DNA of 29,030 nt. It comes from an uncultured Deinococcaceae bacterium (GTDB lineage Bacteria; Deinococcota; Deinococci; Deinococcales; Deinococcaceae). Of the stretch, positions 16,205-25,257 are shown in pieces. Each line of letters starts with the position of its first letter. The stretch's first letter is position 1. A model generated the notes under the pieces. The model had not been told where the DNA came from, did not search any database, and saw only the letters and a list, made by a program, of their open reading frames with translations. The position numbers and the translations under genes are program-made. The stretch spans positions 1 to 29,030 of the forward strand of contig CAXULY010000056.1 of NCBI GenBank assembly GCA_964252075.1, read 5' to 3'.

Positions 16205-17200
16205 ATGCGCACCATCCTGACCGTCAGCCTCGCCCTCACCGCCAGCCTCGCCGCCGCCGCCGGTTTCTCGCCGGACGCCGAAAAGAGCCGCATAGACTCG
16301 GATCAGCTCGTCAAGAAGTTCGGCCCGGTGCCGAAAGCGCCCGCCAACACCCGCGTTGGCGGCGTCATGAAGGCCCTGTCGAACGAGTACTGGCAGCTCC
16401 TCAAGCAGGGTTACGAGAAAGGCGCGAAGCTGTACGGCGTGACCGTGGACGCGCAGGCGCCCAGCAACGAGAGTGACCAGATCGGGCAGCTCAGCATGAT
16501 GAACACCATGATGGCCCGCGGCTACCAGGCCTTCCTGCTGTCCCCGCAGTCCGACGCGAACCTGCTGCCGGGCGTGCAGCGCGCCAAGGACAAGAAGCTC
16601 CTCGCCATCAACGTGAACGACGCGCTGGTCGCCACCACCCCCTATTTCGTCGGGAACATCCAGCGGCAAAACGGCGTGAGTGTCGCCGAGTACCTCATCA
16701 AGCACCTCCCGAACGGCGGGAAGGTCGCCGTGATCGAGGGGCAGCCGGGCGTGTACGCCGCCGGGCAGCGCACGGGCGGCTTCAAGGACGCCCTGGCGAA
16801 GAGCCGGAAGTTCAGCATCGTCGCGAGCGTCCCCGCGAACTGGGACCGCCAGCAGGCCTTCAACACCGCGCGCGACCTCCTGCGCAAGACGCCGGACCTC
16901 GCCGCGTTCTACTGCAACAACGACACCATGGCGCTCGGCGTGGTGGAGGCCGTGAAGTCCGCGGGGCGCCTCGGCAAGACGCTGGTGTTCGGCACCGACG
17001 GCATCGGCGCCGCGTACGACAGCATCAAGAAAGGCGAGCTGACCGGCACGGTTGATTCCTTCCCGGTGCTCACCGGGCAGGTCGCGGTGGAAGTCACCGT
17101 GCGCCTGCTCGCCGGTCAGAAGCTGCCGCGCGTCATCGCGACGCCGCAGGCGCTCGTCACCAAGGCCAACTACCAGCAGTACGAGCAGTTCAAGAAGTAG
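16205..17200 (+). CDS. Sugar ABC transporter substrate-binding protein (AlsB/RbsB-like)
   Basis: Signal peptide; KALSNEYW, GKVAVIEG, ANWDR, YCNNDTMALG, FGTDG motifs. Confidence 0.93.
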   Translation: MRTILTVSLALTASLAAAAGFSPDAEKSRIDSDQLVKKFGPVPKAPANTRVGGVMKALSNEYWQLLKQGYEKGAKLYGVTVDAQAPSNESDQIGQLSMMNTMMARGYQAFLLSPQSDANLLPGVQRAKDKKLLAINVNDALVATTPYFVGNIQRQNGVSVAEYLIKHLPNGGKVAVIEGQPGVYAAGQRTGGFKDALAKSRKFSIVASVPANWDRQQAFNTARDLLRKTPDLAAFYCNNDTMALGVVEAVKSAGRLGKTLVFGTDGIGAAYDSIKKGELTGTVDSFPVLTGQVAVEVTVRLLAGQKLPRVIATPQALVTKANYQQYEQFKK

Positions 17201-17209
17201 GGGCGCCGC

Positions 17210-18718
17210 ATGACCGCACTGCTCTCCGCACAGCACATCAGCAAGGCCTTCAACGGCGTGACGGTCCTTCAGGACGTTCACTTCTCGCTGGAGGCCGGGG
17301 AAGTCCACGCCCTGCTGGGTGAAAACGGCGCCGGGAAATCCACGCTGCTCAAAACGCTGTTCGGCATCTACCGCGCCGACCAGGGCGAACTGCGGATGGA
17401 CGGGCAGGTCGTGACGCTGCACGGCCCCAGAGACGCCCAACGCCACGGCCTCGCGATGATCCACCAGGAACTGGCGCTGATCCCCGAGCTGAGCGTCGCG
17501 CAGAACGTGCTGCTCGGGCAGGAAGGCCGCGGGCAGGCGCTGAACTACCGCCAGCTGAATGACCGCGCCCGCCCGTACCTCGAGCAGGTCGGCCTGCACG
17601 TGAACCCGCGCGCGGCGGTCAAGACGCTCACCATCGCGCAGCAGCAGATGGTGGAGATCGCCCGCGCGCTGGCCCTGCAGGCGCGCGTGCTGATCATGGA
17701 CGAGCCCACCTCCAGCCTCTCCACGCAGGAGATCGAGTCGCTGTACGGGGTCGTGCGCGCGCTCACCGCGCGCGGTGTCGGCATCGTGTACGTCAGTCAC
17801 CACTTCGACGAGATCGAAGCGCTCGCCGACCGCGTCACGGTGCTGCGCGACGGGCGCTACATCGGCACGGTGTACCAGCGCGACGTCACGCGCGCGCAGC
17901 TGGTGGGCATGATGGTCGGGCGGGACATCGACACGCAGGGCGCCCACGGCGCGCGCCACGCCGGGGAGACGCGCCTTCAGGTGCAGCACCTCTCGCAGGC
18001 CGGGCGGTTCGAGGACGTCACCTTCGACGTGCGCGCCGGGGAGGTCGTCACCCTCGCGGGACTGATCGGCGCGGGCCGCACGAACGTCCTGCGCTGCATC
18101 TACGGCGCGGACCGCGCCACCAGCGGCACCGTCACGCTGAACGGCGCGCCCCTCGCCAGGCGCTCCCCGGAGCGCCTGATGCGCCTCGGCGTGGGGTTTA
18201 TCTCTGAGGACCGCCGCCAGCAGGGCATCGTGCCGGACGCGACGGTCAGCACCAACCTGATGCTGACCAGCTGGGCGAAAGGCCTGGCGGGGCTGGGCGC
18301 GCGGCAGACGCGCGCGGTGGTTCAGCCCCTGATGGAGCGCCTGAAGGTCCGCCCAGCCAACCCGCAGCAGACCATCCGCCGGTTGTCTGGAGGGAACCAG
18401 CAGAAGGTGATCCTGGCGCGCTGGCTCGCCGCGGGCTGCTCGCTGCTCCTGATCGACGAGCCGACCCGCGGCATCGACGTGGGCAGCAAGGCGGACCTGT
18501 ACGCCCTCATCGACGAACTCACGGCGCAGGGCGTGGCGGTGCTGATGGTGTCCTCGGAACTGCCCGAGGTGCTGCGCCTCAGCGACCGCGTCCTCGTCAT
18601 GCGCGAGGGCCGCCTCGCCGGAGAACTCTCACGTCACGACGCGAGCGAGGAAGCGATCCTCGCCCTCGCCACAGGAGCGCACCCCCATGGCCCAGGTCAA
18701 ACCCATGCACATCACTAA
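17210..18718 (+). CDS. Sugar ABC transporter ATP-binding protein (RbsA-like, two NBDs)
   Basis: GENGAGKST, IMDEPT, LSGGNQQK, DEPTRGIDVG, SSELPE. Confidence 0.96.
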   Translation: MTALLSAQHISKAFNGVTVLQDVHFSLEAGEVHALLGENGAGKSTLLKTLFGIYRADQGELRMDGQVVTLHGPRDAQRHGLAMIHQELALIPELSVAQNVLLGQEGRGQALNYRQLNDRARPYLEQVGLHVNPRAAVKTLTIAQQQMVEIARALALQARVLIMDEPTSSLSTQEIESLYGVVRALTARGVGIVYVSHHFDEIEALADRVTVLRDGRYIGTVYQRDVTRAQLVGMMVGRDIDTQGAHGARHAGETRLQVQHLSQAGRFEDVTFDVRAGEVVTLAGLIGAGRTNVLRCIYGADRATSGTVTLNGAPLARRSPERLMRLGVGFISEDRRQQGIVPDATVSTNLMLTSWAKGLAGLGARQTRAVVQPLMERLKVRPANPQQTIRRLSGGNQQKVILARWLAAGCSLLLIDEPTRGIDVGSKADLYALIDELTAQGVAVLMVSSELPEVLRLSDRVLVMREGRLAGELSRHDASEEAILALATGAHPHGPGQTHAHH

Positions 18719-19661
18719 ACCCCGCTCGAACCGCGTCCTCCAGCAGGTCCGCGAAGCGGGCATCCTCGCGGTGCTGGTGCTCGGCGCCATCATCTTCAGC
18801 GTCACGGTGCCGTCGTTCTTCACCGCCGACAACCTCATCAGCGGCATCGGGCTCAGCGCCGCCATCAACACCGTCGTCGCGATCGGCCTGACCTTCGTCA
18901 TCATCACCGGCGGCATTGACCTGAGTGTTGGGTCGAGCGCCGCCCTCGCCGCGGTGATCGGCGCGGACCTCATGCAGCGCGGCACGCCCGTGCTGCTGGC
19001 GGTGCTGGCCGCCCTGCTGGTCGGCGCGCTGGCCGGTCTGGTCAACGGTCTGCTCGTCACCCGCGTGCGGCTCGCGCCGTTCATCGTCACGCTTGGGACC
19101 ATGACCTTCTACCGCGGCCTGGCGCTGTCGTACACGGGCGGCCAGCCGATCCTCTCCCTGCCGGACGCCTTCAAGAACGCGCTGGGCGGGAACCTCCTGG
19201 GCCTGCCGATTCCGCTGATCGTCGCGCTGCTGCTGGTCGTGCTGGGCAGCCTGCTGCTGCGCTACACCAAAGCTGGGCAGTACGTCCTCGCCATCGGCGG
19301 GAACGCTGAGGCGGTGCGACTGAGCGGCATCAACGTCGGCCGGTACACCACCCTCACCTACGTGATCTCCGGCGTGATGGCCGCCACCGCCGCGCTGGTG
19401 CTGATCGCGCAGCTCGGCGCGGCCGAACCGATCCTCGGGAATGGCTGGGAACTCACCGCCATCGCGGCGTCCGTGGTGGGCGGCACGAGCCTCTCCGGAG
19501 GCAAGGGCAACATCGTCGGGGCGCTGCTCGGCGCGCTGCTCCTCAGCATGCTCCAGAACGTCCTGACGCTGCTGAACGTGCAGGCCTTCTACCAGATGCT
19601 CGCCACGGGCCTGATCATCATCGGCGCGATGGTGATTGACCGTTACACGCGGGGGGAGTGA
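18687..19661 (+). CDS. Sugar ABC transporter permease (RbsC-like)
   Basis: GGIDLSVGS, PFIVTLG, AIGGNAEAVRLSGI, IAASVVGGTSLSGGKG. The start may instead be ATG 18705. Confidence 0.95.
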   Translation: MAQVKPMHITKPRSNRVLQQVREAGILAVLVLGAIIFSVTVPSFFTADNLISGIGLSAAINTVVAIGLTFVIITGGIDLSVGSSAALAAVIGADLMQRGTPVLLAVLAALLVGALAGLVNGLLVTRVRLAPFIVTLGTMTFYRGLALSYTGGQPILSLPDAFKNALGGNLLGLPIPLIVALLLVVLGSLLLRYTKAGQYVLAIGGNAEAVRLSGINVGRYTTLTYVISGVMAATAALVLIAQLGAAEPILGNGWELTAIAASVVGGTSLSGGKGNIVGALLGALLLSMLQNVLTLLNVQAFYQMLATGLIIIGAMVIDRYTRGE

Positions 19662-19664
19662 CCT

Positions 19665-20417
19665 TCACACCAGCACCAGGTCCGCACCGGCGTCGCGCAG
19701 CCACTGAAGGGGCGCGGCGCCCTTGTCCGTGATGATCACCTGCACCTGATCGAGGGCGCACACCTGCGCGAGGGCGCGCGCACCGAACTTGGTGTGGTCC
19801 GCGAGGAGGACGGTGCGGCTGCTGGCCTCCACGGCGAGGCGCTTCACGACCGCCTCCTCGAGTCCGGCGTTGGAGATGCCGCGCTCGTCCACGGCGTGCG
19901 CCCCCATCAGGAACACGTCGGCGTGCAGGTCGCGCAGGTACTGCTCGGTCCACGGGCCGGTGATGCTGAAGCTGTTGCTGCGCACCCGCCCTCCGAGCAG
20001 CAGCACCTCCGTCTCTCCGACCGCGAGGGTTTGCGCGGCCGGTAGGTCCAGCGTGATGGCGGTGATGCGCCGACCCGCGAGGCGCGCCGCGACCTCCTGA
20101 ATGGTGGTCCCGGAGTCCAGGATCACGGTCGCGCCGTCCTGGATTTCCTGCGCGGCGCGCTCAGCGATAGCGGCCTTCTCGCTGCGCATGCGCGCCGCTT
20201 TCGCCGCGAAGGCAGGCTCCTGAGCGAGGCTGGGTCGGGTTTTCATGATGCCGCCGTGTGTGCGCAGGACGAGGCCGCGTTCGGTCAGGTCCGTCAGGTC
20301 GCGCCGCACGGTCGCAGGGGACATGCCGAGCGCGTCCACGATCTCCTGGGTGAGCAGCTTGTCTTGGGTCTCCAGCAGGTCCAGGATGCGTTCCTGTCGT
20401 TCGAGCGGCAGCAGCAT
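19665..20417 (-). CDS. DeoR/GlpR-family transcriptional regulator (250 aa, leaderless)
   Basis: Start reassigned to ATG 20417, 6 nt after a TATACT -10 box (20424-20429). ERQERIL, MSPATVRRDL, RTHGG, ILDSGTT, LADHTKF. Confidence 0.93.
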   Translation of the reverse strand: MLLPLERQERILDLLETQDKLLTQEIVDALGMSPATVRRDLTDLTERGLVLRTHGGIMKTRPSLAQEPAFAAKAARMRSEKAAIAERAAQEIQDGATVILDSGTTIQEVAARLAGRRITAITLDLPAAQTLAVGETEVLLLGGRVRSNSFSITGPWTEQYLRDLHADVFLMGAHAVDERGISNAGLEEAVVKRLAVEASSRTVLLADHTKFGARALAQVCALDQVQVIITDKGAAPLQWLRDAGADLVLV

Positions 20418-20748
20418 GGGCCGAGTATACGGCGAAGCGTGACCATTTGCGAAGAAACGCTCACGAAAAACCAAACTCAAGCAGACGCACGAGGGGCACC
20501 GCCGCGCGGACACACTTACGGCTCCGTCGAGCCACACCATAGGTTCGCCGTCACTGTGTCCCTTCCCCTTTGGATGACCCGGCCACTGCTGACCTACGCA
20601 CCTTGAGCGCGTAAAGTGACGGGCAGGCGGCGTGACCTGTGGCTCCGCGTGTGGAGCAATCGGCCGGGTGGGCTCGACAAAGAAGAAGGACCACTGGGTC
20701 GGACATGTGCGACGGTCGTGGTGATGCAGGAGCGCCACCGGCAGACCG

Positions 20749-21244
20749 TCAGTTCACCACTATGCTCACCAGCTGCCCCAGCACCTCCGCCTGGGGCGGG
20801 ATGGCCTCTGCGCGCACCGTCAGGGACCGTCTCGGTCAACGGCACACCACGATCCCTGCCCTCTGCCCCAGGTGAACCCGCGGCGAATGACCGTTCGGGG
20901 CTTGAAACTCCCCCTCCAATGGATGGTCCAGCAGCACCGCGGTGCCTTCCTCCAGGCGCAGCGTGATGGGCGCCCAGAGGGCCTGCCGTGCGCGCGGGAT
21001 CGCCAGGAGGCGAATGCCTTCGGCGCCCGTGAGGCCCAGCGCGGGCAGCAGGCGTTGGATTAGCGGGGCGCGCCGTCAGGAGGTTGCGCTCACCGGTCAT
21101 GAGTTGATGCAGGGTGACGCGGTGAACGCCGGACATCTTCGCGACGGCGGATGGCCCGCCTTGTTCTTCGATCAGCCAGCGCAGCATCTGCTGGCGCTCC
21201 AGGCCGTTCGTGATGTGCACGGGCCGAGGAGTAAGGCGAGACAT
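20749..21244 (-). pseudogene. XRE-like helix-turn-helix regulator, disrupted
   Basis: TAGGGT-N7-ATG leaderless start; HTH GGPSAVAKMSGVHRVTLHQLMTGERNL; frameshift near 21065 into PLIQRLLPALGL...LDHPLEGE; in-frame TGA at 20836-20838; ends AEVLGQLVSIVVN*. Confidence 0.6.
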
Positions 21245-21364
21245 GCGGTACACCCTAGCGATCCGACATGTCGGCACGGTGACGGGCCACGTGTTTGGGC
21301 ATCACCGGTGGGCCGCCACACGAAGGTGCGGGGGTCGTTCGCCGTGGCACAGACCCGTACGCCT

Positions 21365-21516
21365 CTACTTCGGTTCTTCACAGGGTCTACGCGGGGCGTG
21401 AACGGGGTGCGGGCAGACTCTCGTCAGGTGAGCGGGACACACCGCCACCCCCCAAGAGCAACCTCCCACCCACCGCCCCTCCCCGGCGCCCCGAGCGCCC
21501 CGAAAGGAAGTCCACC
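21365..21516 (+). promoter_or_regulatory. Repeat-array promoter (P7) plus conserved leader, copy 3
   Basis: ctacttcggtt|cttcacagggt|ctacgcggggc|gtgaac-N10-CAGACT (21414-21419); leader ends in the GAAAGGA RBS. Confidence 0.8.
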
Positions 21517-21924
21517 ATGCGCCACTCCATCAAGTTCCTGATCGCCGCCGTCCTGTCCACCGCCGCCATCCTCCCCGTCGCCTCCGCCAAGGACCTGGGT
21601 GAAGCGACCAGCCAGGTCTACTTCCTGAACACCAGCGACGTCTCCGGGACCGTGGACATCTACGTGGACGGCGTGAAAACCGAAAGCAACGTCTTCAACA
21701 ACACGCCCAGCATGTTTTCGACCACCCTGGCGTCCGGTGAGCACCAGGTGGTGGTGACGAAGGCCGGAGCGGCGCTGGGCGCGGCCGACGTGCTGAGCGA
21801 GACGGTAAACATCCCGGTGGGCGGCGCGTACACCGTGGCCCTGGAGAACGTCACGAAGAGCAACACCGGCAACCTGGTCCTCGGGTACACCCTCGACGTC
21901 ACCCAGGGCAGCGACAGCCAGTAA
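21517..21924 (+). CDS. Secreted DUF4397-like protein, copy 3 (135 aa, intact)
   Basis: Full signal peptide MRHSIKFLIAAVLSTAAILPVASA; beta-rich domain with VDIYVDG and GGAYTV. Confidence 0.87.
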   Translation: MRHSIKFLIAAVLSTAAILPVASAKDLGEATSQVYFLNTSDVSGTVDIYVDGVKTESNVFNNTPSMFSTTLASGEHQVVVTKAGAALGAADVLSETVNIPVGGAYTVALENVTKSNTGNLVLGYTLDVTQGSDSQ

Positions 21925-21938
21925 TGTCCGCACTCCAC

Positions 21939-21974
21939 CTGACCGGCGCTCCCCCCAGCGCCGGTCGGTTTGTT
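21939..21974 (+). terminator. Probable terminator after copy 3
   Basis: gaccggcgct-cccccc-agcgccggtc followed by ggtttgtt. Confidence 0.68.
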
Positions 21975-22646
21975 GCGCCTCCCCTGAACCCACCTCACGG
22001 CACTGCCACCCACGCAGCCGCTTGCCTGCGCCCGCCGTCCACCGTGAACCCAGTGCATGTGGCGGAGATGGCCATCGGCTTTGCCCTCACCGTCAGCACC
22101 TGAAGAGCGTTCCTTCCCTTCACACGAACCGGGCCCAAGTCGGGCGCAATTCATCGTGCTGTGGAGTGACCTCGCCGCGGCTGCGGGACCCATCGAAGGT
22201 CTTTGAACCGGCTTGCGCTCAGCCCTCACTGCTGCGGGTGGGCGCACCGCCACGTGAAATGGCGAAGCCCGCGAGTGCGAGGATCGCCAGCCCCGCCAGG
22301 GCCCACGGCCCGGCCCGTCGGCCTGCGGGTTGCGCCATCCCACCTGCTGCACCTCTCTCGCGCGAGGTGGCCCCGTGGTGCTGGGACTTGGTGCCCGCTG
22401 TGCCATCAATGGAGGCGCTCGCGGTTTGGTGGGCAGAGTGGAGCTGCAGAAGGATTGTTTGGGTGGACGTGATCCCAGGCTTGGGGCGGGACACGACGCC
22501 ACGGCGCTTGGTGGAGATGGCCACGGAAAGGGGTTTGCTGATCCTCGTGAACCCCCTGGGACGGCCGCCACCCTGCGCCTGGGCGCTTCACTGGTACAGG
22601 GTCTTGCGTGATCAGTTCCTGGGGTGCCCAGTCGCCACTCTCGTCC

Positions 22647-23615
22647 CTACAGCGTGGCGAGTTGCGGGGCGCCCGTCTCGCGGAACTGCGCGATGTCCCT
22701 GGAGGGCGTGCTGCCGAACAGGCGGCTGTACTCGCGGCTGAACTGTGACGCGCTCTGGTACCCCACCTGCCGACTGGCGGTCGTGGCGTCCACCGGGGAG
22801 GACAGCATCAGCCGCCGCGCTTCCTGAAGGCGCACGTGCTTCTGAAATTGAAGGGGGCTCATCGAGGTGACCGCCTTGAAGTGGGCGTGAAAGGTGGACA
22901 CCCCCATGTGCACGAGTTCCGCCAGCGCCTCGACTTCCAGGGGTTCGTCGTAATGTCCCTGAATCCAGTCGATGGCGCGCGCCACCCGCTGCACCCTGGA
23001 TTCCGCTTGCCCCAGTTGCGCCACCTGCGCGCCGATGGAACTGAGGAGCAGGCGCGTAAGGATCTCTTCCACGATCAGCGGGCCGATGAACGCCGCTTCC
23101 CGCTCGTCGCCCATCACCTCCAGCAACCGGATCGCTGCTCCCACGATCGTGGTGCTCGATGGCGTGAGGTGCACCGCCCGGTGGTCCTGCACGTGCATCA
23201 GGCCGTGCGGGAAGAGCTTCAGGCTCAGGGCGGCGATGCGCTGCGGGTCGAGGTCCAGTTTGAAGGTCAGAAACGGTTCGGCTGCGCTGGCGCGCGTGAC
23301 GCGGAAGGCGATGGGCAGGTTGACCGCGTACACCATCAGGTGCTGCGGGTCGTACTCGTACACGTTCGGGCCGACCTGCACGCTCTTATTGCCCTGCGCC
23401 ACCAGGCACAGGGCTGGACGCTGCACGCTGTGCTGAAGGTGCTCGTGCACCCGCGTCGAGCGAGCAACCGATACACCCGGCACCCGCAAGCGAAAGTCGC
23501 CATCGTAGGGCGTGTACGCGCCGATCAGGCGCGCCAGGCGGACCAGGTCGCTTTGACCGGGCCTGGAGTGGGCGTGAAGGAGTGGGAGGGGCCGAGGGGT
23601 GTTCGCGGGCGTCAT
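22647..23615 (-). CDS. AraC-family transcriptional regulator (YqhC-like, AraC_N domain)
   Basis: PALCLVAQGNK N-domain; HFKAVTSMSPLQFQKHVRLQEARRLM and VGYQSASQFSREYSRLFG. Confidence 0.95.
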   Translation of the reverse strand: MTPANTPRPLPLLHAHSRPGQSDLVRLARLIGAYTPYDGDFRLRVPGVSVARSTRVHEHLQHSVQRPALCLVAQGNKSVQVGPNVYEYDPQHLMVYAVNLPIAFRVTRASAAEPFLTFKLDLDPQRIAALSLKLFPHGLMHVQDHRAVHLTPSSTTIVGAAIRLLEVMGDEREAAFIGPLIVEEILTRLLLSSIGAQVAQLGQAESRVQRVARAIDWIQGHYDEPLEVEALAELVHMGVSTFHAHFKAVTSMSPLQFQKHVRLQEARRLMLSSPVDATTASRQVGYQSASQFSREYSRLFGSTPSRDIAQFRETGAPQLATL

Positions 23616-23683
23616 GCTTCAGGTCCTCCAGGCGCGGCTTGGGGCCGTTCGGCGCGGCAAAGGGACGGTACGGGTGACGCCGT

Positions 23684-24079
23684 TCACCCCTGGTACTGTT
23701 CGTCGGTAACGTGCTCCAGCCACTCGACGGCCTTGCCGTCCAGCGCTTCCTGAATGGCGAGATGCGTCATGGCGGTGGTGGGGGACGCGCCGTGCCAGTG
23801 CTTCTCGCCCGGCTCAAACCAAACCACGTCACCGGGGTGGATCTCCTCGATGGTGCCGCCCTCGCGCTGCACGAGGCCGCTCCCCGCGGTCACGATGAGG
23901 GTCTGCCCGAGCGGGTGGGTGTGCCACGCGGTGCGCGCGCCCGGCTCGAAGGTCACGGCTGCACCGGCGGCGCGGCCCGCGGGTTGGGTGTCGAACTGAG
24001 GGTCAATGCGAACCTGCCCGGTGAACCAGTCGCCGGGGCCCTTGTTGGAGGGACGGGAACCGCTGCGGTGAATGTTCAT
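23684..24079 (-). CDS. Cupin-domain protein, (R)-hydroxynitrile/mandelonitrile lyase-like
   Basis: [56 protein letters not shown]. Confidence 0.9.
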   Translation of the reverse strand: MNIHRSGSRPSNKGPGDWFTGQVRIDPQFDTQPAGRAAGAAVTFEPGARTAWHTHPLGQTLIVTAGSGLVQREGGTIEEIHPGDVVWFEPGEKHWHGASPTTAMTHLAIQEALDGKAVEWLEHVTDEQYQG

Positions 24080-24158
24080 GATTGCTCCTTGATCGGACGA
24101 TAGGACGGGGGCTTTTCGAGGGCTTGTTCACCTCAGCACGCTGGGCGCCAAGCGAATG

Positions 24159-25184
24159 TTACGGGCGCAGGAGGGTCTTGATGGCGCGGCGCTCGTCCAT
24201 CGCGCGGTACCCCTCTGCCACCTGGTCCAGTGGCATGACCTGATCGAACACCAGGCCGGGGTTGATCTGCCCGCCCAGCACCAGGTCGATCAGGTGCGGC
24301 AGGTAGCGGCGCACGGGCGCGGGGCCGCCGTGCAGGTGCACGCCGGAGAAGAACAGCTCCATTCCCGGCAACTCCACGCCGTGTGAGACGCCCACATACC
24401 CGACGTGCCCACCAGGGCGGGTCGAGCGAATTGCCTGCATCATCGACTCCTGCGTGCCCACTGCTTCGATCACCGAGTGTGCCCCCAGGCCGCCGGTCAA
24501 CTCCTTGATGCGCGCCACGCCTTCATCGCCACGCTCCTCAATGATGTCCGTTGCGCCGAACGTCCGGGCGAGCCGCTGGCGGTCCTGGTGGCGGCTCATC
24601 ATGATGATGCGCTCGGCGCCCATCTGTTTGGCGGACAACACGCCCAGCAGGCCTACCGCGCCGTCCCCGACGACCACGACGGTCTTGCCGGGCTTCACGC
24701 TTGCGGCGTCGGCGGCGAACCAACCGGTGCCCAGCACGTCGGAGGTGGCGAGCAGGCTGGGCAGCAGGTCGTCGGAGGGCACTTCCTTCGTCGCCACGAG
24801 CGTGCCGTCCGCGAGCGGAATGCGGGCGAATTGCGCCTGCGTGCCGATGGTCTCCGACACGAACTGACCCTGCACACAGCGGGACTGGTAGCCCGCCTGG
24901 CAGATCGGGCAGGTGTTGTCCGAGATGACGAACGAGCCGACGACGAAATCGCCCGGCTTGATGGTGCGCACGTTCCGGCCGACCTCCTCGACAATGCCGA
25001 CGTACTCGTGTCCCATCGGCAGCGGCTCATTCACAGTGTCGGCGCCGCGGTACGGCCACAGGTCCGAGCCGCACACGCAGGTGGCCGTCAGGCGGACGAT
25101 GGCGTCCGTCGGCTGGAGAATGATGGGGTCGGGGCGATCTTCGAAACGCACGTCGCCAGGGCCGTACAGCACGGTTCCTTTCAT
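24159..25184 (-). CDS. Zinc-dependent alcohol dehydrogenase family protein
   Basis: CVCGSDL, GHEYVG, VVGDGAVG, EAVGT. Confidence 0.94.
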   Translation of the reverse strand: MKGTVLYGPGDVRFEDRPDPIILQPTDAIVRLTATCVCGSDLWPYRGADTVNEPLPMGHEYVGIVEEVGRNVRTIKPGDFVVGSFVISDNTCPICQAGYQSRCVQGQFVSETIGTQAQFARIPLADGTLVATKEVPSDDLLPSLLATSDVLGTGWFAADAASVKPGKTVVVVGDGAVGLLGVLSAKQMGAERIIMMSRHQDRQRLARTFGATDIIEERGDEGVARIKELTGGLGAHSVIEAVGTQESMMQAIRSTRPGGHVGYVGVSHGVELPGMELFFSGVHLHGGPAPVRRYLPHLIDLVLGGQINPGLVFDQVMPLDQVAEGYRAMDERRAIKTLLRP

Positions 25185-25257
25185 GGTCGTTCTCCCTTGG
25201 GGCGGGGTGTCCGCCCGGAATGGGGGTGTGGGGACGCGTCTGGCGGAGTGGCGTGGC

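Noticed and set aside
14379..19661. Assigning gene symbols such as xylA, rbsK or alsBAC
   Set aside because: Family membership is clear, but substrate-level orthology cannot be established by eye.
7886..21516. The three ~150-bp repeats as a CRISPR array, IS ends or MITE
   Set aside because: They are kilobases apart, lack terminal inverted repeats and target duplications, continue into paralogous coding sequence, and no cas or transposase gene is present.
21975..22640. Possible small membrane-protein gene (MAQPAGRRAGPWALAGLAILALAGFAIS, minus strand) and a gtcttgcgtg word at 22601 shared with P3
   Set aside because: An early stop, weak codon bias and no recognisable family; the 10-mer is not part of an 11-bp array and has no -10 at the expected distance.
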